Origin: Chiloscyllium plagiosum
Taxonomy: Eukaryota
Length of the DNA stretch: 64,000 bases
Direction of reading: 5' to 3'
Assembly (NCBI RefSeq): GCF_004010195.1
Contig: NC_057726.1
Coordinates: forward strand, 57,500,327 to 57,564,326
Shown: piece by piece, positions 37,585-49,435 of the stretch
Position numbering within the stretch: the stretch's first letter is position 1
How the letters are laid out: the number at the start of each line of letters is the position of its first letter
The notes under the pieces: model-generated
The model's database searches: none
Told to the model about the DNA's origin: nothing
Seen by the model: only the letters and a program-made list of their open reading frames with translations
Made by a program: the position numbers and the translations under genes

Positions 37585-39660
37585 AGAGTCTTAGAGTCGT
37601 ACAGTATGGAAGAAGAGTCTTTTGTCCAACTTGTCTATACCGACCAGATATCTGAAATTAATCTAGTCCCATTTGCCATTATTTGGCCCATATCCCTCTA
37701 AACCCTTCCTATTTATATACCAATCCAGATGCCTTTTAGATGTTGTAATTGTACCAGCCTCCACCACTTCCTCTGGCAGCTCATTCCATACACACAGCAC
37801 TCTCTGTGTGAAATAGTTGCCCCTTAGGTCTCTTTTATATCTTTCCCGTCTCACCCTAAATCTATGCCCTCTCGTTCTGGATTCTCTCACTCCAGGGCAA
37901 AGACCTTGTCTATTTACCCTATCCATGCCCCTCATGATTTTATAAACCTCTATATGGTCACCCCTCAGCCTCTGACGCTCCAGGGAAAACAGCCCCAGTC
38001 TATTCAGCCTCTTCCTATAACTCTAACTCTCCAACCCTGGCAACATCCTTGTAAATCATTTCTGCATCCTTTCAAATTTCACAACATCCTTCCTATACCA
38101 GGGAGACCAGAATTGCATGCAGTTTTCCAAAAGTGGCCTATGAACCTGCATTCCAAGGTCTCTTTGATTAGCAACACTCCCCAGGACCTTATCTGGGTAA
38201 GGTATGCAGCACTTGACATTTAGCTAAATTAAGCTCCATCTGCCACTCCTCAGCCCATTGGCCCATCTGATCAAGATCCTGTTGTACTCTGAGGTGGCCT
38301 TCTTTGCTGTCTACTACACCTCCAATTTTGGTGTCATCTGCAAACCTATTAACCATACCTCCTATGTCATATCAAAATTATTTGTATAATTGACAAAAAG
38401 AAGTGGATACTTATGGCATATTATTAGTCACAGGCCTCCAGTTTGAAAAGCAGCCCTCCACCACCACCCTCTGTCTTCAACTTTCGAGCCACTTCTCTAG
38501 CCAAACTTCTCTTCTTGTATTCCATGTGATCTAACCTTGCTAACCAGTCTTCCGTGGGGAACCTTGTTGAATGCCTTACTGAAGTCCATATAGATCACAT
38601 CCACCACTCTGCCCTCATCAATCCTCTTTGTTACTTCTTCAAAAAACTCAGTCACATTCATAAGACATGATTTCCCATGCACAAGGGCATGCTGACTTAC
38701 CCTAATCAGTCCTTGCCTTTCCAAAAACATGGAAATCCTGTCTCTCAGGTTTCCCTCCAACAAATTGCCCACCATTGATGTCAGGCTCACCGGTCTATAG
38801 TTCCCTGGCTTTTCCTTACCACCTTTTTAAAATAGTGGCACCAAATTACCCAATCTCCAGTCTTCTGGTACCTCACCTGTGGCTACCAATGAAACAAATA
38901 TCTTAGCAAGGGGCTCAGCAATCACTTCTCTAGCTTCCCACAGAGTCCGAGGGTACACTTGATCGGGTTTTGGGGATTTATCCACTTTTATGCTTTTTAA
39001 AATGTCCAGCACCACCTTCTTTGTAATATGGACATTTTTCAAGATGTCGCAATTTGTTTCCCATGTTCTCTCTCTTCCATACCCTTCTCCACAGCAAATA
39101 CTGGTGCAAAATACTCATTTAGTGTCTCCCTTATCTCTTGTGGTCCCACACCCAGGTGGTCTTGCTGATCTTTAAGAGGGCCTATTCTCTCCCAAGTTAC
39201 TTTTTTTTCCTTAATGTATTTGTAGAATCCCTTTGGATTCTCCTTAATCCTATTTGCCGAAGCTCTCTCATGTGCCCTTTTTGCCCTCCTAATGTCCCTC
39301 TTAAATATACTCCTGCTGTCTTTCTATTCTTCTCAGGATTCACTTGATCTCTGCTATCTATACCTGACACATGCTTCCTTCTTATTCTTGAGCAAAACCT
39401 CAATTTCCCTCCTCATCCACGTTCCCTACACCTAACAGCCTTGCCTTCCATGCCAACAGAAATATACTGTCTCTGCACTCTCACTCTCTCATTTTTGATG
39501 GCTTCCTATTTTCCAGCCATCCCTTTACCTGCGAATGTCTATCCTTAATCAACTTCTGAAAGTTCTCACCTAAAACAGTCAAAATTAGCCCTCCTCCAAT
39601 TTAGAAGGTTATCATTTAGATCTGGTTGATCCTTTTCCATCACTATTTTAAAACTAATAG
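37585..39660 (-). mobile_element. CR1 LINE (RT and 3' end)
   Basis: YMDFSKAFNKVPHG, GEVPEDWR, WNELPEEVV. Confidence 0.9.
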
Positions 39661-39664
39661 AATT

Positions 39665-41150
39665 ATAAGACCATAGAAACATAAATTAGGCCATTTGGCC
39701 CATTGTACCTGTTCCACCATCCAATCATGGCTGACAGGTTTTCAACCCCATTTTCCCCCTTTGAATCAAGAACCTATCTATCTCTGTTTTAAATATACTC
39801 AATGACCTGGCCCCAAAAACCTTCTGTGGCAATGAATTCCATAGATTCACCACTCTGGTTAATGAAGTTTCTCCCTATCTCCGTTCTAAATGATATTCCC
39901 TTTTCTCTCAGGCTGTGTTCTCGGGTCCTGGTCTCTCCTGCCAATAGATACATCTTCCCAACATCCATTATGTCCAGTCTATTTAGTATTCTTTAAGTCT
40001 CGATCAGGTCCCTCTCTCAATCTTCTAAACTGCATCAAGTATAGTCCCAGAGTCCTCAAATGTTCCTCATATTCCTCAGCCTTTCATTGCTGAGATCACT
40101 CTCGTGAACCTCCTCGGGTCCTGCTCCAGGGCCAATGCATCTTTCCTGAGATGTGCGCCCAAAATTCCTCACAGTATTCTAAATGTGTTCTGACCAGAGC
40201 CTTGTAGAGCCGAAGAAATACATCCCTGTTTTTATATTCCAGTCCTCTCAAGGTAAAATGACAACATTGTATTTACCTTTCTAATTACTGATTCAACCTA
40301 TACATTTACCTTAAGAGAATCCTGGACTGGGACTTCCAAATCCCTTTGTGCTCCAGAATTTTTGAATTTTTTCCCCACATAGAAAATATTCCATGCCTCT
40401 ATTCTTCCTCACAAAGTGCATGACCTCACACTTTCCCACACTGTACTCCATCTGCCATTTCTTAGCTCACTCTCCTTACTTGTCCAAATCCGTCTGCGGC
40501 CTTCCCCTCTCCTCAATACTACCTGCCCCTCCTTGTATCATTGGCAAACTTACCCAGAATGTTCTCAGTCCCTTCATCTAGATGTTAATGTATAAAGTGA
40601 AAGATTGTGCTCCCAACGCTGACCCTTGCAGGACATCACTAGTCATTGGCTTCTATCCTGAGAAGGACCCTTTTATCCCCGATTTCTGCCTTCTGCCACA
40701 CAGCCAATCTTCTATCCAAGCCTTTAACACCATGGGCCCTTATCTTGCTCAGCAGCCTCTGTGCAGCACTTTATCAAAGGCCTCCCTGAAGTCCAAATAG
40801 AAAACATCCATTTGGCCCCCATTGACACCTCAGTCACCTGCCCTGCCCTATTTCCCAAGAGTAGGTCAAGTTTTGCACCTTCTCCAGTAGGTACATCCAC
40901 ATATTAAATCAGAAAATGTTCTTGTACATATGTAACAAATTCCTCTCCATCTAATCCCTTAACACAATGGCAGTCCCAGTCTATGTTTGGAAAGTTAAAT
41001 CCCCTACCATAACCAACCCATTATTCTTACAGATAACTGAGATCTCCTTACAAATTTGTTTCTCAACTTCCAACTGACTATTGGGGAGGGGACGGATGCG
41101 TTTATAGTACAATTCCAATAATCATCCTTTTCTTATTTCTCAAGTTCCAT
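39665..41150 (-). mobile_element. Additional CR1 fragments (3' end/RT, then endonuclease)
   Basis: ataagaccatag tail; reverse-complement RT and endonuclease motifs. Confidence 0.7.
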
Positions 41151-41534
41151 TAACTGCTCCTACTCAAACATGGAAAGGCCACTGATAGGGGGAATGAAGA
41201 AATTAGATAGCACTGGAGGAGGCTTTCCCTTTGAGGGGGTAATTAGTCTGGTTGTGTCTTTGTAAGCCGTGTATATCATTTCTCAATCTTCAATGGCATT
41301 CCCTTTAGAAAGCTGTTAGCAGGCAGTGCCTTTCTGACTGAGGTGTGTCCGTGTGCAGTACGGTCAGTTTATAAAGACCCACATTCGGGTCCCACTAGTT
41401 TCAGAAAGCACATTGACCAAAGCACCTGAGACACGAGGACATACAAGGGTAAGGGGCCAAGTGCTGGGCACATGGGATGAGAGTAGTCAGACTGGCACCA
41501 AAGCCCACGAACAATGTGTAGGACAGCGCCGTAC

Positions 41535-41840
41535 CTTCAGCACCGGAGATGTAGGTGTACCGGACTTCCACTTGCTTCCCACTGAACGACAGCCGGCAGC
41601 TGTAAAGCGTCCCATTGCGAACCGGCCGCGTCTCCTCCAGGTAACTGGAAGCCTCGAACCCTTGGCCCGGCCTCGGCTCGACCTGGCTGCGGATCCCGCT
41701 CAGCACCTCGCTGCCGTTCACAAACCAACGGACACTCAGCTGGTCCGAGTGAAAGGCCCCAGAGAGACAGGCGAGCCTGAGGAAGATCCCGGACCCTCTC
41801 CCGAACAGGGTGGCGTCAATCTGCGGAGAATTCGGGGAAG
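41535..41840 (-). CDS. VJ-C1 receptor gene, exon 3 (C1-like Ig constant domain)
   Basis: ctctccccaag|(A)SPNSPQIDATLFGRGSGIFLRLACLSGAFHSDQLSVRWFVNGSEVLSGIRSQVEPRPGQGFEASSYLEETRPVRNGTLYSCRLSFSGKQVEVRYTYISGAE|gtacgg; 56 aa between the Cys residues, L-x-C, F, V-x-W-x-x-NG, F-x3-S/Y-L and Y-S-C motifs; phase 1-1. Confidence 0.85.
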
Positions 41841-42309
41841 CTTGGGGAGAGACGGCACCAAGTCAATACCATTGGGGGGAGCGGGTTCAATTCCAACCTC
41901 CCCTCTTTTATTATTGCTACGTTCACTTGAACCCTCCCCTTTGGGATTCAGTTGAAGCCACATTCTCTCAACACGAGTTTAAACCTGACCTTTCGTTTTT
42001 CCTTTCTGTGCAATCGGAGCAATACTTTGGCACGTTTGCAGATCGGGGAAAGGTTAGCAATGTGAGTGGATGGTTTTACCAAGAGATATCGATACGCCAA
42101 GGATGTGGGTCAAACTGGGGAGCACTTTTCAGTCGAGGCTAATGTGAGACTTTGGAATTGGGAGGGACAGAGGGAAAGGGGAGGGGGTGAACATCAATCA
42201 TTAAAATGCCATAAAACGGATACAGACTCGTGCAATTCTGGCTACAGTGTGTGGAGTGTGAGAACACAATTTGATCCAAGCCACGTGTCCGCTTTAAGAA
42301 GCCTTGGTG

Positions 42310-42582
42310 TCGTCTCTGGAAGCGGTGCTGGGCCAGGGAGGGATTGCTCTGGGAACGGATGCAACTTGCATTTGCTCCGGGTCTCCTCCCACAGCCTAAA
42401 GATGTGCAGGTTAAATGGATTGGCCAGGCTACATTGCCCCAGGGATGTGCAGGCTGTGGGCAATGCCGAGGAGATAGGGTGGGGTGGGTTCAGTGTGGGA
42501 TGCTCTTCGGAGGGTCGGGGTGGGCTCGAAGGGCCGAATGGTCTGTTTCCATACTGTAGGAAATCTATTTTATTCTATTCTA
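42310..42582 (+). mobile_element. HE1/V-SINE-like, 5' decayed
   Basis: ctcccacagcctaaagatgtgcaggtt..gggccgaatggtctgtttccatactgtagg..(tattc)n. Confidence 0.6.
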
Positions 42583-42954
42583 AAGTCTACCCCCAAGGGC
42601 AAAGTCAGAAAAAGTGGTGACAGAAAATGCAGCTGTATTCGCTACAGCTCAGGAGGCGGCGTGACTGAGTTTAGGAGATTATAGACCGAATATAGGGAGA
42701 CTATTTCTGCTCCTGGAGAGTGTAGGGCGGGTTAACGGTGCAATAACTAAAACCAGACCTTGCAGGAATGAAGCGAACAAATGTTTCTACATAGGAACTT
42801 TGGAATCTTTTTCCATAAATAACCGATATTAAAACGATTGTAACTGTTGAGAGTTCAGTTCATAAATAATAATTGGCATTAAATCAACAATAACCAAATT
42901 TGCTAAAAGAGATATGAGGGACAGGTCAGGTTATTTAGTTCGGTCCCGCCCGAC

Positions 42955-43090
42955 TTTTTATTCCTGATGAAGGGCTTTTGCCCGAAACGTCGATTTTACT
43001 GCCCCTCGGATGCTGCCTGAACTGCTGTGCTCTTCCAGCACCACGAATCCAGAACCTGGTTTCCAGCATCTGCAGTCATTGTTTTTTACC
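42955..43090 (+). mobile_element. Penelope-like end with hammerhead core (42964-42991)
   Basis: CTGATGA-A-GGGC-tttt-GCCC-GAAACGTC. Confidence 0.65.
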
Positions 43091-43377
43091 CTGATGAGCA
43101 GAACAGGCTCCTTGAGGTGATATTGCTGCCTTTGTGAAGGGAAGAGAGAGTGATATTGAATTCGGAATGTCTCTGAGGAGACATGGGGTCATACAGACGG
43201 ACGCCCTGCTGAAGTACCCAGCTGTTGCAGCCAGCGGGGTTCACTGTATATGGGGCTTGCTGTGTTCACTTGCCCTGTTCTTTCAGCCTGGCTGCGGAGG
43301 GAACCGGCCTGCCTGTCTCTGAGCCTGAACAAGGGTCACTGAACTCGAGACCTGACACTGTTTTCCCACCCTCCACA

Positions 43378-43697
43378 GAGTTAAAAATCACACAACACCC
43401 GGTTACTTAAATTATCTCGAGAATGTAACTTGAGAGCACTTTTACATATTACTGAACCGAAATCTACAACCCATTCTAAAAGATGGAAGAATTAACAGCA
43501 ATCTAGGTTTGCTCAGTAGATTTCAGTAGCATGACACTGTAATCTTTTGCTATAAATTCCGTGTCTTATTCTCCATAACCTGATGAAGGAGCAGCGCTAT
43601 GAAAGCTAGTGCTTCCAAATAAACCCGTTGGACTAATACCTGGTGTTGTGTGATTTTTAACTTTATCCACCCCAGTCCCACAGTGGCGCCTCCACAT
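43378..43697 (+). mobile_element. Penelope-like family B fragment
   Basis: cctgatgaaggagcagcgctatgaaagctagtgc (stem II mutated). Confidence 0.6.
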
Positions 43698-44654
43698 TAC
43701 CTCTCCCCACACACACACACTCTCTGCCGAGTGTCTGCAGCACTTTCTGATTCGGGTTGGGTTCGGATCTCCACAAGCCTTGCTTCTGTCTGACACTGCT
43801 GCTGAGTTATTCCCGTTTGTCCAATTTGATTTTTATGCAAACGAGCGACTCTCGAATGAACGATTTCATCACTGCCTGACAGCCCCGGGATCCCCCGGTT
43901 CAGGGCAGTCGAGAGGGCGATGGCACGGGAAGATCCCAGCGGAAGAATTCCCCGCACAGTTTCATGGTGGGCCCCAGTTCCCATTCCGGTCGCTCAATGA
44001 CACACGCTGAGTGAAAGTGGTTTGGGACTGCTGTCAGGCTGGTGCTCCTGTAGCCCCAACCTCCTCCCTAAGCCTCCCCACTGCTCCAGGCCTGGCCTGT
44101 GCCTCTCTGGGTCTGCGCCTTATCACTGCATCACCCCTCAGTAAGTCCCTCGCCGGCCCCCTACAAGACCCTGTGGCCAGCTCATTCACACACCGCATCT
44201 CTCCTTGTCTCCATCTCTCTCTCTCCTGCTCACTCCCCACTCCTGGGGAAGAGCCCTCAGCCACCTCTCAGTATGTGCTAGGGGTAGGCGCCACACAAAC
44301 GCCTTTGGTACAGAAGAAATTCCGAAGACACTGATCTCTCCCAATGATGTCGCAGCCGGGAATGTTCTGTTTTGTGGGAGCGCCTCATTTCATAAAGAAA
44401 GTCGGGGTCGGTCAATCACCAACCTCGCCCCCCACCCCCTTCCCCACTTTAACAATAAATAGCCCCGCTGCCTGGTCAAAGTTCCGCGCTTGGTGGTTGT
44501 CCGGAGTCCCGAAGTGTAGAGGTCTCTGAGCTCAGAGCAACAGGCGGCTGCTGACCAGAGAAAGTGAGGACTGCAGATGTTGGAGATCAGAGTCGAGAGT
44601 GTGGTGCTGGAAAAGCACAGCAGGTCAGGCAGCATCTGAGGAGCAGGATTGCGG

Positions 44655-44795
44655 AGGAGATATAGGCATAAGTGAATGGAATATCGGGATAAAAGGAAGG
44701 CAATATAGGAATACTGTACAGGGACGGAATATAGGGTAAGGGAACGGAATATAGGGATAATGGGATGGAATGTAGGGATAAAGAGAGGGAATAAA
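44655..44795 (+). repeat. Degenerate ~20-bp minisatellite
   Basis: Repeated ggaatatagggataa-like units. Confidence 0.6.
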
Positions 44796-46718
44796 TCTCC
44801 AGCGTTACATGCAAGTGACACAAAAGAGATAATGTTATAAAGTCGCCAAGCGTTTGTGGGATTATTGAAATGGGTTCACTTATTACAGCCTTCAATTATT
44901 GTTCACTCCTAGATAGATAAAAGCGACTAAATTAAGCCGTTAATTAACGGAGTTTGATTTTATATTCATGTTAACATATATTAATTTTAATACTGACGCC
45001 CCACTGTGTAAATTTCAGTCTGAAGTTTATTTTTAATGTTTAATCGTTCGCGGGTCTATTCCTCTCTGTCCTGACTACACCCAGTGTAATACTGCAGCAA
45101 AGCCAAGGCACCCGCTACAGCTCAGGGGGAATCCACTCATGTTCCACAGGATTTCAATCCCGGCTTCATCCGCCTTTCAGTGAAAGCTGGGAGGGATTAT
45201 AGGGAAAGTCTGGAGCTGACTGGGATATTCCGCCGGGTACAGGAACACACAGTGAGATCCCATTTACTGCAGGGCCCACCCCGGGGTTAATCTGCGGCGG
45301 AGAAAGGGATGAGGATTGAATGGGCGCCGAGCCGCCATCAGACGGTTATCCAAAACGACTCTCCAGCCCCGGGATGTTTAATCCCTGCTCAAATATTCCC
45401 ATAAAATCCAGGTTTACTGCAAAAGACACGGCTCATTTAAAAAATAGCCTGTGAGAAGGAGAAAAAAATCCACACCAACATTCAATATCATCAGCGCTGA
45501 TCTCACCCCAGCCTCGACCCCACTCACCTCCCTCTAACACGTTATTCGTTTAAAAATCTGTCTCCTCATTACATTTAAGTTAAAAATCACACAACACCAG
45601 GTTATAGTCCAACGGGTTTATTTGGAAGCGCTAGCTTTCAAACCTGTTGGACTGTAACCTGGTGTAGTGTGATTTTTAACTTTGTCCACCCCAGTCCAAC
45701 ACCAGCTCCTCCACATCAGGAAGGAGAGGGTTAAAATCACAGGTTTATTTGGATTATAACTTGGTGTGGTGTATTTTTTAACTCTCTCCTTCTCGATTAC
45801 CTACGAGGGGAAACATTCTCTCGACATCGACATTGTCATTCGCCTTGAGCATCTTAGAGACCTGAATTAGATCTCCTCTCATTCTCCTAAACTCCAGACA
45901 GTATCATCTCAAACTGCTCAATCTCTCCCCATAAGACAAACCCCATATCTCTGGGACCAATTCAGGGAACTACCTCGGAACTGCCTTAAATCTACACCCC
46001 TCTTTAAGGAGACCAAAACTGTACGCAGTAGTCCGGGTGTGGTCTCACTAAAGGAGAAAGTGAGGTCTGCAGATGCTGGAGATCAGAGATGGAAATGTGT
46101 TGCTGGAAAAGCGCAGCAGGTCTGACCTGGTGGTCTCACTAAAGCCTTGTACAGAATCAGCAAACTTTATGCCGTATTGCTTGGTCATTAAATGTCCACA
46201 ATTTCAATTGCTCATTTATATTCTGTTTTTTTATTGTAAAGAGTTTCCCAGTTTGACGCTGCCATGGAGTGTGGAAAAACTCATTAATTAAAGATCTCAT
46301 AACACCAGGTTATAATCCTACAGGTTTGTTTGGGAACACTAGCGTTCAGAGCAGCGCTCCGAAAGCTAGTGCTTTCAAATAAACCTGTTGGACTATACCC
46401 AAGTGCTGTGTGATTTTTTTAACTTTGCCTACCCCAGTCCAACACCGGCTCATCATTACTTAAACACCTTGTAATCACACAGCCCCTACCCCACCCCATC
46501 CTCCGGCCAATAGCCCGGGTGTGAAATGATGGCAGAGTTGAGTGGGTCCCAGTTCCCTGGAGCTGGAGGTCAGGAAGGTGATTAGCAATGTTTTAGGACT
46601 ATTGTCCTGATTGAGACCCTCTCTGGAACCTCCCTAAGATTTGAACGTTTCCCTGGGCGGAATGGCCCCCACTGTGTTGAGTTGGGGGGGGTGAGGGTGT
46701 AGAATGTGACTCACTTAC

Positions 46719-47036
46719 CGGTGACCAGGAGCCGTGAGCCGCTGCCTTGCCCCGCTTTGCCCTGGTTGCTAACGCGGCAGTAATAGAGCCCGGAATCAGA
46801 CACATCCACATGCAGAATGTGAAAGGCGGCGCTGGCTTTATTCCGGATTTCGAAGTGATACCTGAAATCGCTGCTTCTCTGGAGAAAGCCCCGCTCCCCG
46901 TCCCTCCACCAGTTCACCTGGACCTTGGAAACATCCCGAGCGAACGGGAAACTGCAGTAGAAAGTTGCGTTGGAACCGACTGTCTCGTTCAGGATTTCCG
47001 GATACTGACCCACGCTGAACTTGGAATTCCCAGAGA
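46719..47036 (-). CDS. VJ-C1 receptor gene, exon 2 (V-set domain with germline J-like G strand; NKp30/NCR3-like)
   Basis: ctccacag|(V)SGNSKFSVGQYPEILNETVGSNATFYCSF..VNWWR..DSGLYYCRVSNQGKAGQGSGSRLLVT|gtaagt; canonical C, W, DxxxYYC and GxGSxLxV; 318 nt, phase 1-1. Confidence 0.92.
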
Positions 47037-47278
47037 CTGTGGAGAGAGAGAGAGAGAGAGGGGAAAAAAAAATCTTTCAGACAGAAACACTCAATATAGC
47101 CGGCCCGGGCCAGACAGAGGAGGAACAGTTACTCAAGAGCTGGCAAAATATTTATAAGGCGCCTTTTACTCTCCCCCCCCCCCCCCCATAGCCGCGGGAT
47201 GTCCTGAAAATCTTGGAGAGAGTTTGGAAGAACAGGAGGAATTCTCTCAAGCGAGGAGCAGGGAAGAGGCTTCCTCAC

Positions 47279-47339
47279 CTGCACAGAGAGCGGTCAGGAT
47301 GACAGCGAGCCCACAGGAAACGGGCAGTCGGCTGCCCAT
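47279..47339 (-). CDS. VJ-C1 receptor gene, exon 1 (signal peptide)
   Basis: aacATGG Kozak context; MGSRLPVSCGLAVILTALCA G|gtgagg; phase 1 joins the V exon across a 242-nt intron. Confidence 0.85.
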
Positions 47340-47572
47340 GTTCCAAACCGGGGCCAGGCTGTTTCCCAAAAGGGATCTTACCGCCCCCCTCCCCGACCCC
47401 CTTCCCCGGCTTCTAACTGAGGTTTCCAGGTCCTCTTCCCAGGATCACCTTCCCACCCTCCACATAACGCACACAGCTGAGAAACTGTCAGATCTCCCGG
47501 AAAGATAGGCGCAGAAATGTTACCAGAGGATCAGTCACCCCGCCCCCAGTACTCAGAGACCTCCCCCCCCCC

Positions 47573-47632
47573 NNNNNNNNNNNNNNNNNNNNNNNNNNNN
47601 NNNNNNNNNNNNNNNNNNNNNNNNNNNNNNNN
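47573..47632. other. Assembly gap in the putative promoter
   Basis: Run of N after a poly-C tract. Confidence 1.
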
Positions 47633-47713
47633 GGGCGATGTCTAGCTCCTCCGCCAGGGTAATTCACGCTGTCCCCCTCCCCTTCTCCCCTCCCCCCCTC
47701 ACTGTAGCTATCA

Positions 47714-47725
47714 AAAAGTGAAACT
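47714..47725. promoter_or_regulatory. Candidate IRF-E/ISRE upstream of the VJ-C1 gene
   Basis: aaaagtgaaact matches the IRF1/2 consensus; ~375 bp upstream of the ATG (gap length uncertain). Confidence 0.35.
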
Positions 47726-48282
47726 GGTCAGAGGTAAGCAGTCTGGTCCACTTTAGACGAGCAGCGCAGTGTTTCTTCACCAGTTCCAGCACTGAACATG
47801 GCTATAGAGGGCCCTTTACAGGGCTATAGAGTCCCATTCCCCCCGCCTCCAATCATTGCTGCAGACTTTAACACTCAATGAATTGTTCTTTATTTCTTTC
47901 TGTCTTCCCTCCGCTTCCCCCAACCTTCCAGTCCATTCTCTCCTATCCCATTTTCCTCTGTGCCGATTGATGTTGAATGTAATATTACATTCAATATACT
48001 GTTTTTCCCTCTTTCAGGCTCTGAGCTGTTTATCTGAGTTGTTGCCCTTTCCCACGGATGCTAGGTGCCCCTGTGGAGGGCACTATACCACCTAGCCGTT
48101 TGCCTGATTGCAACTTGCTGTGTAAAACCCCAAAGTAAGTCTCTGGGCAGGTGTGACACAAAGGCTTCGTTATCATCAGAAACCTGTATATTTAATTCAT
48201 CTCTTTTCTTCGCTGAGAAATAAAAGGAAATCACAGTCAACAATTAGTTAATTTCACAACTTCATCACCAATAGAGAATATA

Positions 48283-48692
48283 TGGCCGACTGCCTGCCCC
48301 TCTTCCGCGCATATGTCAGAGCCTGGGTATCCCTGGAGAAGGAGCACACAGTGTCCACCAATACCCTGGAGCTGTTCAGGGAGAAGTGGGCACCGCACAG
48401 AGTGGAGTGTATTATTTCCCCCTCCAACTCTATTTTGATTTGATCCCTGCCCTCCCCCTCACTGTTTGATCACGCAGCTTTGCCCTCTGAGAAGGGCACT
48501 GCTTGTCACTGGCCACTCAGGAGTTTCCTTTCTTCCTGGTGGTGGGAACTGAATAAAGATTTATACACCTGTTGTCTCTCACTGTGTCTCACACCTGCAC
48601 ATGCACAACATGGGTGCTGGGCAAAATATAAGCACGACCACAACTAGGTGGTAGTGTGGGGGTAAAATGAAGAAAAAATATAAAAAAAATAT
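48283..48692 (+). mobile_element. L1/Tx1-clade 3' end
   Basis: DCLPLFRAYVRAWVSLEKEH..LFREKWAP ORF2 C-terminus, aataaa, A-rich tail. Confidence 0.65.
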
Positions 48693-49114
48693 ACTGAATG
48701 AAAGGCTGGAAATATATCACCATTTAACCTGCCAGAGCCCTGGTCAAAGTCCATTTCCACAATTCAGGGACTTGCTGTAATCTCCAGATACACTGCTACC
48801 AAAGGATTGATAATCCCACTCAGAGCTGGGGTTGTGGTAACTCTTGTGTATCGATAGTCCTGATTTCTCTTCTGCTGCTGTTCTTGGGAGCAGAGAGTGA
48901 TCCTCCAGTCCAGGGAATACCTGCTGGAAATCTGGCTTCCGGATAAATGTTAGATCCTTCTGGGACACTCTTATTGAATCTCAAGTAGGATAATGCTCGG
49001 AGGCCCATGGAGTGTCTTGCTAGATCCTAAGTGATGAAAGTTGTGCATTATTCAGTATGTCCTCATTGGCTTTACATGATTTGAGATCAAACATTGATGT
49101 ATCTCAAAAGTAAT

Positions 49115-49435
49115 GGCAAGGTGGCTCAATGGTTGGCACTGCTGCCTCACAGCTTCAGAGATCCAGGTCCAACTCTAGCTGCAGGCGACTGACTGTGTGG
49201 AGTTTGCACATTCTCCCTGTACCAGCCTGGATTTCCACCAGGTGCTCTGGTTTCCTCCCACAACCCAAAGATGTGCAGGTTAGATTGATTGGCCATTGCT
49301 ACATTGACCATAGTGTGCAGTCTAGGTTGGTTAGCTATGGGGAATGCAGAGTAACAGGAACTGGGTGGGATGTTCTTCCGAGGGTTGGTGTGGACTCAAT
49401 GGGCCAATGCCTGCTTTCACACTGTAGGGATTCCA
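49115..49435 (+). mobile_element. HE1/V-SINE
   Basis: ggtggctcaatggttggcactgctgcctcacag head and V-domain. Confidence 0.75.

Noticed and set aside
41353-41955. 200-aa plus-strand ORF (also 46747-47157)
   Set aside because: Antisense shadows of the GC-rich C and V exons
46670-46676. RSS-like heptamer (cacagtg on the minus strand) just downstream of the V exon; others at 45002 and 45248
   Set aside because: No acaaaaacc-like nonamer at 12 or 23 bp, and the sites are intronic rather than abutting a coding end
46719-47036. Calling the gene NCR3/NKp30, a TCR or an Ig light chain
   Set aside because: It has an extra C1-like domain, an uncharged TM and a long tail, and no RSS or segment array; orthology cannot be set without phylogeny
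48830-48945. Signal-peptide-like stretch SIVLISLLLLFLGAES on the plus strand
   Set aside because: No in-frame ATG or clear splice sites, and no downstream exon
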